The translations under genes and the position numbers were made by a program. Below the pieces are notes generated by a model. That model was not told the DNA's origin. It was given only the letters and a program-made list of their open reading frames with translations, and did no database searches. A stretch of 64,000 nt of DNA from Burkholderiales bacterium PBB2 (GTDB lineage Bacteria; Pseudomonadota; Gammaproteobacteria; Burkholderiales; Burkholderiaceae_C), in the NCBI GenBank assembly GCA_002255955.1, contig NKIM01000006.1, positions 84,537 through 148,536 on the forward strand. The letters are read 5' to 3'. How positions within the stretch are numbered: position 1 is the first letter of the stretch; every line of letters begins with the position of its first letter. This document shows, one piece after another, positions 11,000-18,694 of this stretch.

Positions 11000-11165
11000 C
11001 TATATTTCCTTGAACCGATGCTCTATGAGCAAGGGCTTGGAACATTGCCCAGCTGGTGTGATCGTCTCGCGTCAGATGAACCCGAAGTTCGGTTGACCTC
11101 GCCCACCTGAATCCCCCTGGGTTCAGGAATGCGGCTCACGGTTCGCGGTGGACACCTTTTTCCTG
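11000..11165 (+). ncRNA. ssrS: 6S RNA (approximate ends)
   Basis: Directly downstream of zapA. The 5' ATTTCCTTGAACCG can pair with the 3' CGGTTCGCGGTGGA. The internal hairpin CCTGAA-tccccctgg-gTTCAGG corresponds to the E. coli 6S 3'-bubble hairpin CCUUGAACC..GGUUCAAGG. A strong terminator follows. Confidence 0.65.
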
Positions 11166-11170
11166 CAGGC

Positions 11171-11200
11171 AAACGGCCCCTCACGGGCCGTTTGTGTTTG
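11171..11200 (+). terminator. Rho-independent terminator of the zapA-ssrS unit
   Basis: AAACGGCCC-ctcac-GGGCCGTTT followed by GTGTTTG. Confidence 0.7.
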
Positions 11201-11256
11201 TGTTCCGCTGGCTTGACCGCCCTGCTGCCAGCTGCCGATTGACCATGAGCCCGCCC

Positions 11257-11724
11257 ATGACCTACTGGTTGATGAAGTCCGAACCTTCGGAATGCTCCAT
11301 CGATGATCTGGCGCAGGCGCCGGGTCAGCAACTGCCCTGGGTGGGCGTGCGCAACTACCAGGCACGCAACTTCATGCGCGATCAGATGCGGCTGGGTGAT
11401 GGCGTGCTGTTCTATCACTCGTCCTGCCCGAAGCCAGAGCAGATCGGCATTGCCGGCCTGGCTCGCATCGCCAGCCCGGCCTACCCCGATGCCACGCAGT
11501 TCGATCCGGCCAGCCCCTACTTCGATGCCAAAGCCACGGCCGAGTCACCGCGCTGGCTGCATGTGGATGTGCGCTTCGAGCGCAAGACGAGGCTGCTGAG
11601 CCTGGCCGAGCTGCGCGCCGAGCCGCGCCTGGCCAGCATGCGATTGCTGCAGCCTGGCAGCCGCTTGTCAATCACGCCGGTCACGCCGGAGGAGTGGTCG
11701 GCGATTCTGTCTCTGCTGGGCTGA
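11257..11724 (+). CDS. EVE (PUA-like) domain protein
   Basis: MTYWLMKSEPSECSIDDL...VGVRNYQARNFMRD...GDGVLFYHS is the canonical EVE-domain N-terminus. An alternative start lies at 11245. Confidence 0.8.
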   Translation: MTYWLMKSEPSECSIDDLAQAPGQQLPWVGVRNYQARNFMRDQMRLGDGVLFYHSSCPKPEQIGIAGLARIASPAYPDATQFDPASPYFDAKATAESPRWLHVDVRFERKTRLLSLAELRAEPRLASMRLLQPGSRLSITPVTPEEWSAILSLLG

Positions 11725-11747
11725 AGCCTGCCGACTCAGCCCCTGAT

Positions 11748-12776
11748 TCAGCCGCCAAAAGGAATCGAAGCCAGCACAACCTGGTTGCCGCCACGGCGTT
11801 GCGCCTCATGCACCGCTGCCTCGCTGGCGGACCAGAGTTCGTCCTGCTTGGAAGCCGTGTGGGGGAAACTGCACACTCCCATAGACAGAGACAAGCCCAT
11901 GTCCTGGCCGTTCAGCACGATGATCTGCGCCATGCACTGGCGACGCAGCTGCTCCATGCGTGCATGCGCCGTGGCCAGGCCAACACCCGACAGCAAGACG
12001 GCGAAGCGGCTGTGGCCGACACGGCAGGCCGCATCCATGGCGCGGGTGTTGGCGCGCAGCATGCGACCCATGCCTTCGAGCAATCGCTGATTGGCCTCTT
12101 CGCCCAAGGCCTGGATGGCCGCGGGCGCCGGGTCCAGCGCAATGATGACCAGAGCGAATTCGCGATGCTCACGGGTCGAGAGGTCGATTTCACGCAGCAG
12201 CGCGTCGTCGAACTGCGCCTGCAAGTAGAGGCCCGAGACCTCGTCGCGGCCGCTGCCCTGCTGCAGCTCTCGGCGGATCTGCTCCAGGGCCTTTTGCTGC
12301 TGCTCCAGCTGCTGCAGGGCACGCTGCAAATGGCTTTCGCGGTGACGCTCTTCGGTGCGTTCTTGCCAGACTGACAGCACAAATTCGGTGCCCAAGGCGG
12401 CACGGGTGACGGTGAACTCGCGCCGGCGCCCACCCAACTCCAGACGATGCTCGCTCACAGTGACCGAGCGCTGCGCCATCACCGCCTGCTCGACCCGGCG
12501 CATGGCCACCACCTCCTCGGCTCGCATCAGGTCGTTGTCGACACTGCCCACGACCGAGCTTTCGCTGCGCTCGAACAAGCGATCCAGGCCCGGGCTGGCA
12601 AACACATAGCGGCCCGTGGCCAGGGATTTGATGGCGGCCAGCAAGTTCAGCGGCTCGATCAAGCTGAGCAGTGTCGCCCCCATGTCACTGGCCACCGCCC
12701 CATGTCCGGCCAACCAATGAGCCAAACTGCCCTGAGCAGGAGGCACGGCGTGGTCAGAGGCGGCTGGATTGTTCAT
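11748..12776 (-). CDS. PAS-like / degenerate GGDEF domain protein (GHSRF in place of GGDEF; RxxD I-site retained)
   Basis: The C-terminal ~170 aa align by eye to a GGDEF domain (DEVSGLYLQAQF..., ...TRAMDAACRVGHSRFAVLLSG...). The signature is degenerate; see findings. Confidence 0.75.
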   Translation of the reverse strand: MNNPAASDHAVPPAQGSLAHWLAGHGAVASDMGATLLSLIEPLNLLAAIKSLATGRYVFASPGLDRLFERSESSVVGSVDNDLMRAEEVVAMRRVEQAVMAQRSVTVSEHRLELGGRRREFTVTRAALGTEFVLSVWQERTEERHRESHLQRALQQLEQQQKALEQIRRELQQGSGRDEVSGLYLQAQFDDALLREIDLSTREHREFALVIIALDPAPAAIQALGEEANQRLLEGMGRMLRANTRAMDAACRVGHSRFAVLLSGVGLATAHARMEQLRRQCMAQIIVLNGQDMGLSLSMGVCSFPHTASKQDELWSASEAAVHEAQRRGGNQVVLASIPFGG

Positions 12777-13265
12777 GAGGTCTCAGTCGTTCAATCAATC
12801 AGGGTCGGCACACAACGACAAGCTCGACAGCCCGAGCAATACAGCCCTGGCTCCCTCACGCCCCACAGGCTGGCAAGGACGCAAGCTTTTTGGGCACTGT
12901 AGATGGCTTCGCGCCCGCGAATCAAGCAGGTGTGCACAGGCCCGGGGTTCTCCCCCTAACTTGGCAACAGCTTGCATCCTAGCGAAGTGCGGGTCAGTGA
13001 CCGTGCGTCAGAAGTGCAAAATTCTTCACGCTTCGGCCCAAGATCACACACAAGGCATGATTCAAGCCATATCGACGCATTTGTCGTCATCTCAAGCCCT
13101 GGCCACACAGTGCGGGACAATCACGTCCTCTTTGATTGGCGTTGCATGAAGTTGCAGAACTTGCCCCGACTCACGGGCAGGTGCGCTGCGCCAAAGCAAC
13201 AAATGCCCGCAGTCACACTCGATCGCCCGCCGATCGGCCTCGCCCTGAACCCACGCACCCCATAC

Positions 13266-14501
13266 ATGCATTTCGATCTCGTCATCATTGGCGCCGGCGC
13301 CGCCGGTCTGTTCTGCGCCAGCCAAGCCGGTCAACGTGGCCTCAAGGTCTTGCTGATCGACCATGCCGAGCGCGTGGCGGAAAAGATTCGCATTTCAGGC
13401 GGCGGCCGCTGCAACTTCACCAACCGCGACGTCGGCCCGGCCAATTTCCTCTCCGACAACCCCGCCTTCTGCCGCTCTGCCCTGGCGCGCTACAGCAGCC
13501 AGGACTTCATCTCCCTGGTGCAGAAACACGGCATCGCCTTCCACGAAAAGCACAAGGGCCAGCTGTTCTGCGACGACTCTAGCGACCAGATCATCCAGAT
13601 GCTGCTCAAAGAATGTGCGGCCGGCGGCGTGGAGCGCTGGCAGCCATGCAGCGTGCAGGAGCTGCAGACCCTGAGCGCCGAATCGACAGAGGCCGCGGCG
13701 GCCCGATTCGAGTTGCACACCTCGCGCGGGCCGGTGCGCGCGCACTCGGTGGTGGTGGCCACAGGCGGCCTGCCCGTGCCCAAGATTGGCGCCACCGATT
13801 GGGGCTTGCGCCTGGCCAAGCGCTTCGGTCATGCCATCGTCGAGCCCCGCCCGGCCCTGGTGCCGTTGACCTTTGACGAGCAGGTGTGGGCACCTTTCTC
13901 GGCGTTGGCGGGCCTGTCACTGCCGGTGGCGGTCAGCACCGGCCAGGGCAAGGGCAAGGCGCGTTTTCTGGAAGACCTGCTCTTCACCCACCGCGGCCTG
14001 AGCGGCCCGGCCATCCTGCAAATCTCCAGCTTCTGGACCGAGGGCCAGGCCCTGCAGATCGATCTGGCGCCCGAGCACAAGCTGCTCGCCCTGCTGCAAA
14101 GCGCCAAGCAGGAATCCAAGCGGCAGCTGGGCAACGAGCTGGCCAGCCTGTTCCCGCAACGCCTGGCCCAAGCCTGGCTGGAACGCCTGGGCCTCGCCAG
14201 CCAGCGCCCGATGGCGGAATGCAAGGACAAAGACCTGCAGAATCTGGCGCAACAGCTGCAAGCTTGGCAGTTGATTCCCAACGGCAGCGAGGGTTGGCGC
14301 AAGGCCGAGGTGATGCGTGGCGGTGTCGACACGCGCGAGCTGAGCTCGCAAAACATGGAGAGCAAACGAGTGCCGGGCCTGTATTTCATCGGCGAGGTGG
14401 TGGACGTCACTGGCTGGCTGGGGGGTTACAACTTCCAATGGGCCTGGGCCAGCGCAGCGGCCTGTGCACGCTCTCTGCATGCAAATACAGCAATCGCTTG
14501 A
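13266..14501 (+). CDS. NAD(P)/FAD-dependent oxidoreductase, HI0933/YhiN (BaiN-like) family
   Basis: Trimmed to MHFDLVIIGAGAAGLFCA... (GxGxxG), followed by ISGGGRCNFTN, which is typical of this family. The upstream part of track ORF 12972.. has non-coding character. Confidence 0.85.
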   Translation: MHFDLVIIGAGAAGLFCASQAGQRGLKVLLIDHAERVAEKIRISGGGRCNFTNRDVGPANFLSDNPAFCRSALARYSSQDFISLVQKHGIAFHEKHKGQLFCDDSSDQIIQMLLKECAAGGVERWQPCSVQELQTLSAESTEAAAARFELHTSRGPVRAHSVVVATGGLPVPKIGATDWGLRLAKRFGHAIVEPRPALVPLTFDEQVWAPFSALAGLSLPVAVSTGQGKGKARFLEDLLFTHRGLSGPAILQISSFWTEGQALQIDLAPEHKLLALLQSAKQESKRQLGNELASLFPQRLAQAWLERLGLASQRPMAECKDKDLQNLAQQLQAWQLIPNGSEGWRKAEVMRGGVDTRELSSQNMESKRVPGLYFIGEVVDVTGWLGGYNFQWAWASAAACARSLHANTAIA

Positions 14502-14661
14502 AAATCAGGCTACAATCTTCGTCTTTGCTGGCAAACCTGCGCGTCGATTCGCAACGCTTCTGAAGCGGAATCCGGATAAGCCGTTTCAGACACTGAATTC
14601 AAAATGTCTTGAATGAAGTACTTGGCGAACACCGAGCGCATATTGAAGGAACTACCTTTTC

Positions 14662-14874
14662 ATGACCACGATTCGCGTCAAAGAGAACGAGCCGTTTGAT
14701 GTGGCCCTGCGCCGTTTCAAGCGCACCATCGAAAAACTGGGCCTGCTGACTGACCTGCGCGCCCGCGAGTTTTACGAGAAGCCCACGGCTGAGCGTAAGC
14801 GCAAGAAGGCAGCCGCCGTCAAGCGTCACTACAAGCGCGTCCGCAGCATGCAGCTGCCGAAGAAGCTGTACTGA
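14662..14874 (+). CDS. rpsU: 30S ribosomal protein S21
   Basis: [29 protein letters not shown]...[14 protein letters not shown]. 70 aa. Confidence 0.97.
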
Positions 14875-14925
14875 TCGCCTGATCGCCTCGGCAGTTCCCC
14901 AAGGAACCGCCAAACGGCCGAAAAA

Positions 14926-14957
14926 ACCCGCACAGGACGCTGTAGCGGGTTTTTTTT
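14926..14957 (+). terminator. Rho-independent terminator after rpsU
   Basis: ACCCGC-acaggacgctgta-GCGGGT followed by T8. Confidence 0.8.
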
Positions 14958-15053
14958 GATCTCGAACCCGCAAAAACGCAGGCACACTGCGCGCCGAGCA
15001 CGCTGGTCCCACGTGCACTGCACCCACCCATTCCAAGACACCCAGGATTCGCC

Positions 15054-15500
15054 ATGAGCTTGAAAGACCGCATCACCGACGACATGAAGGCCGCCATGCG
15101 CGCCAAGGACAGCGAGCGTCTGACCACCATTCGGGGTCTGCTCGCCGCCATCAAGCAAAAAGAAGTCGATGAGCGCGTGGAACTGGACGAAGCCGGCGTG
15201 ATCGCCATCGTCGACAAGCTGATCAAGCAACGCAAGGATTCGATCAGCCAGTTCAACGCTGGCGGCCGCCCTGACCTGGCGGAAAAGGAGCAGGCAGAGC
15301 TGCAAGTGCTGGAGCCCTACCTGCCGCAACGCATGTCGGCGGAGGAAGTGGCCGCGGCCGTTCAAGCCATCGTCGCCGAACTGGGCGCCAAGGGACCGGG
15401 CGATATGGGCAAGGTCATGGGCGCCGTCAAGGCGCAGCTGGCAGGCAAGGCCGATATGGGCCTGGTCTCGGCCGCGGTCAAGCAAGCCCTGAGCCAGTGA
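15054..15500 (+). CDS. GatB/YqeY domain protein
   Basis: MSLKDRITDDMKAAMRAKD..RL.TIR.LLAAIKQ...; 148 aa. Classic rpsU neighbour. Confidence 0.9.
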   Translation: MSLKDRITDDMKAAMRAKDSERLTTIRGLLAAIKQKEVDERVELDEAGVIAIVDKLIKQRKDSISQFNAGGRPDLAEKEQAELQVLEPYLPQRMSAEEVAAAVQAIVAELGAKGPGDMGKVMGAVKAQLAGKADMGLVSAAVKQALSQ

Positions 15501-15862
15501 TGCCGGAGCTGCCACCCGCCATGAGCCTGCCCGCGCAAACCATCGCCCCCGATTTCTGCGTCTCGCCGCAGCTGCAACCCGAGGCCATGGCCTTGGCGGC
15601 ACAAGCCGGTTTCCGCAGCGTGATCAACAATCGCCCCGACTTCGAAGGCGGCCCGGATCAGCCGACCACGGCGCAGATGGAAGCAGCAGCACGGGCCGCC
15701 GGTCTGGAGTACCGCCATCTGCCGGTCAGCGGCAGCTACCAGTCGCCGGAGGAGATCGTTCAGTTCCATCAGCTGCTGAGCAGCCTGCCCAAGCCCATCC
15801 TGGCTTTCTGCCGTTCGGGCGCACGCTCGACCCGCCTGTACACGGCCGCCTCGGTGCTGTGA
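15497..15862 (+). CDS. DUF442 / TIGR01244-type phosphatase-like (sulfur-transferase-associated) protein
   Basis: About 120 aa with VINNRPDFE...QP and the C-terminal FCRSGARS cysteine loop. The start overlaps the yqeY stop (GTG 15497 or ATG 15500). Confidence 0.7.
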   Translation: MMPELPPAMSLPAQTIAPDFCVSPQLQPEAMALAAQAGFRSVINNRPDFEGGPDQPTTAQMEAAARAAGLEYRHLPVSGSYQSPEEIVQFHQLLSSLPKPILAFCRSGARSTRLYTAASVL

Positions 15863-15883
15863 TTTCCCTCGCCTGATGCACAA

Positions 15884-15911
15884 GGGTCTGCAGGAATGCA
15901 GGCCCTTTTTT
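15884..15911 (+). terminator. Rho-independent terminator
   Basis: GGGTCTGCA-ggaa-TGCAGGCCC followed by T6. Confidence 0.6.
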
Positions 15912-16143
15912 CATGGCAAACCGCAGCCCGCGTGAATCGCGACCCGGCCCGGCCCCGGATGCGCTGAGGCTTCAGCCTAGGACTTGCCCTAGGACAGGGC
16001 CCGCACGGGGCTGAAAGCCCCCTCCCAGCTCTTACATTGCAGGCTTGCCGCTGAGTCACTCGCCCCGAGGGCGGATCGACCAGCGAGCTCCATAGAACTG
16101 CACGCGAGCCCAAGGGCCCGCAGGACGCGCACCGGAGACCGCC

Positions 16144-16788
16144 GTGAATTCCCTTCTCAAACTCTCGGGCCTGATCGACGGCCTGAGCCGCTTCATTGGC
16201 CGTTGGGTCATCTGGCTGGTGCTGGCCTCCACGGTGATCAGCGCGGTCAACGCCATCATCCGCAAAGCCTTCAACTACAGCTCGAACGCCTTTCTTGAGC
16301 TGCAGTGGTATTTGTTCGCAGCCTCCTTCCTGCTGGCCGCCGGCTACACCCTGCTGAACAACGAGCATGTGCGCATCGATGTGGTGGTGGGGCGCTTCTC
16401 GCGTCGTGTGCAGACCTGGATCGACATCTTCGGCCTGCTGGCCTTCCTGATGCCCATGTGCGTGACGGTGCTGCTTTTGAGCACCCCCTACTTTCTGCAG
16501 GCCTGGCTTTCGGGCGAGATTTCCTCCAACGCCGGCGGCCTGATCATTTGGCCGGTCTATGCCCTGATTCCTCTGGGTTTTGGCCTGCTGATGCTGCAAG
16601 GCCTGAGTGAGCTGATCAAGCGCTTCGCTTTCTTGCAGGGCCGCGCGCCCGACCCCGGCATCAAGCAGCAACAGCGCAGCCCGGAGGAGGAGCTGGCCGA
16701 GGCCATCCGCCTGGCCGCGGAGCAGCAGGCGGCACAAGCGCAGGCCCAGGCCCAGGCACAAGGCACGACGACCCACAAGAAGGCCTGA
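16144..16788 (+). CDS. TRAP transporter small permease (DctQ family) with Ala/Gln-repeat tail
   Basis: GTG start. Four hydrophobic segments, with NEHVRIDV typical of DctQ. Followed by the large permease. Confidence 0.85.
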   Translation: MNSLLKLSGLIDGLSRFIGRWVIWLVLASTVISAVNAIIRKAFNYSSNAFLELQWYLFAASFLLAAGYTLLNNEHVRIDVVVGRFSRRVQTWIDIFGLLAFLMPMCVTVLLLSTPYFLQAWLSGEISSNAGGLIIWPVYALIPLGFGLLMLQGLSELIKRFAFLQGRAPDPGIKQQQRSPEEELAEAIRLAAEQQAAQAQAQAQAQGTTTHKKA

Positions 16789-16801
16789 GGACACGCCCAC
16801 C

Positions 16802-18604
16802 ATGGAATTCATTGCCAACAACCTGGCCCCCATCATGTTCGCGGGGCTGATCGTTTTCCTGCTCATGGGCTTCCCGGTGGCCTTCAGCCTCGGTGCCTGC
16901 GGTCTGTTCTTCGGCTTTGTAGGCATCGAGCTGAATGTGCTGCCCGCCTCGCTGATGCAAGCCCTGCCGCTGCGCATCTTCGGCATCATGAAGAACGACA
17001 CGCTGCTGGCCATCCCCTTCTTCACCTTGATGGGGCTGATTCTGGAGCGCTCCGGCATGGCCGAGGATCTGCTGGACACCATCGGCCAGCTCTTCGGCCC
17101 CATCCGCGGCGGCCTGGCGTTCGCGGTGATCTTCGTGGGCGCCCTGCTGGCCGCCACCACCGGCGTGGTGGCCGCGTCCGTGATCTCGATGGGCCTGATC
17201 TCGCTGCCCATCATGCTGCGCTACGGCTATGACCGGCGCGTGGCCTCGGGCGTGATCGCGGCCTCGGGCACGCTGGCCCAGATCATCCCGCCCTCGCTGG
17301 TGCTCATCATCCTGGCCGACCAGCTGGGCAAGAGCGTGGGCGATATGTACAAGGGCGCATTCCTACCCGGCTTCATCCTGACCGGGCTCTACACCCTCTA
17401 CATCGTCGGCCTGGCCGTCTTCAAGCCGCACTGGGTGCCGGCTTTGCCGCTGGAAGCGCGCTCCATCCGCGAGGACAACGGTCAGAGCGGCCTGAAGTCC
17501 CTGGGCATCCTGGCTGCGGTATCGACCGGCCTGGCCGTGTTTTTCGGCCAGCACTACCGCGAGATCACCGAGCACCTCAAAGGCGAGGCCGTGGCCAGCG
17601 TGCCCACCGACGAAACCATCGTCGTGGCCATGTCGGTCGGCGTGGGCGTGGCCTTCATCGCCTCGCTGCTGAACAAGGCCCTGGGCCTGAAGCTGCTGTC
17701 ACGCATGGCCGAGCGGGTGACCTTTGTGCTGATCCCGCCACTGGCGCTGATCTTTCTGGTGCTGGGCACCATCTTTCTGGGCATCGCCACGCCCACTGAG
17801 GGCGGCGCCATGGGCGCCATGGGTGCGCTGCTGATGGCGGCCCTGCGCAACCGCATGTCGGCCAGCCTGCTGCGCCAGGCCCTGAACAGCACCACCAAAC
17901 TGTCCTGCTTCGTGGTCTTCATTCTGGTGGGCTCCACCGTCTTCAGCCTGAGCTTCCAGGGCGTGGACGGGCCGAAGTGGGTGGAGCATCTGCTCAGCGG
18001 CCTGCCTGGCGGCCAGATCGGCTTCCTGATCTTCGTCAACGTGCTGATCTTCGTGCTGGCCTTCTTCCTGGATTTCTTCGAGCTGTCCTTCATCGTCGTG
18101 CCCCTGCTGGGCCCGGTGGCCGAGAAGCTGGGCATCGATCTGATCTGGTTCGGCGTGCTGCTGGGCGTCAATATGCAGACCTCCTTCATGCACCCGCCCT
18201 TCGGCTTTGCGCTCTTCTACCTGCGCAGCGTGGCGCCCCTGACCGAGTACATCGACAAGCTGACCCAGCGCCGCATCGCGCCCGTCACCACCGGCCAGAT
18301 CTACTGGGGCGCCGTACCCTTTGTGTTGATCCAGATCCTGATGGTGGGCCTGATCATCGCCTTCCCGAACCTGGTCTCGGGCGGGATGGGCCAGACGGCC
18401 ACCAGCACGGACAACAGCGCAGTGGTGATCGAAGCCCAGCCACAGGCCGACAGCGACAGCGCCATCGAGATGGATGCCAACAAGCTCTTCGGCCCGGAGG
18501 ATGATCCCGCCTCGGCGGCTTCGGGAGCGGCTTCGTCAGCACAGAAGGCCGCCGCGGAGGTCGACCCGCTCGAAGCCGCCGCTGAGGCTAGCCGCAAACC
18601 ATAA
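16802..18604 (+). CDS. TRAP transporter large permease (DctM family), long form with acidic C-terminal tail
   Basis: 600 aa polytopic protein. DctM-like N-terminus (MFAGLIVFLLMGFPVAFSLG...). Adjacent to dctQ and facing the binding protein gene. Confidence 0.9.
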   Translation: MEFIANNLAPIMFAGLIVFLLMGFPVAFSLGACGLFFGFVGIELNVLPASLMQALPLRIFGIMKNDTLLAIPFFTLMGLILERSGMAEDLLDTIGQLFGPIRGGLAFAVIFVGALLAATTGVVAASVISMGLISLPIMLRYGYDRRVASGVIAASGTLAQIIPPSLVLIILADQLGKSVGDMYKGAFLPGFILTGLYTLYIVGLAVFKPHWVPALPLEARSIREDNGQSGLKSLGILAAVSTGLAVFFGQHYREITEHLKGEAVASVPTDETIVVAMSVGVGVAFIASLLNKALGLKLLSRMAERVTFVLIPPLALIFLVLGTIFLGIATPTEGGAMGAMGALLMAALRNRMSASLLRQALNSTTKLSCFVVFILVGSTVFSLSFQGVDGPKWVEHLLSGLPGGQIGFLIFVNVLIFVLAFFLDFFELSFIVVPLLGPVAEKLGIDLIWFGVLLGVNMQTSFMHPPFGFALFYLRSVAPLTEYIDKLTQRRIAPVTTGQIYWGAVPFVLIQILMVGLIIAFPNLVSGGMGQTATSTDNSAVVIEAQPQADSDSAIEMDANKLFGPEDDPASAASGAASSAQKAAAEVDPLEAAAEASRKP

Positions 18605-18644
18605 CGCCCCGTTCACGCGCCAGCTCCTCAAAGACTGGCGCATG

Positions 18645-18676
18645 AAAAAACCCGGCCTTGGCCGGGTTTTCTTTTT
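18645..18676. terminator. Bidirectional terminator between dctM and dctP
   Basis: AAAAAACCCGGCC-ttg-GCCGGGTTTTCTTTTT, with A-run and T-run flanks. Confidence 0.8.
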
Positions 18677-18694
18677 GAAGCCGTGCGAAGCGAC

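Noticed and set aside
12962-12977. Sigma-54-like promoter TGGCAACAGCTTGCAT.
   Set aside because: The GG-to-GC spacing is one nucleotide short of the invariant -24/-12 geometry (TGGCAC-N5-TTGC). No enhancer-binding-protein gene is nearby.
16732-16761. Short tandem hexanucleotide repeat (GCNCAR x5) that could be mistaken for a repeat array.
   Set aside because: It lies in frame inside the dctQ-like gene and encodes (Ala-Gln)5. It has no spacers and no CRISPR-like structure.
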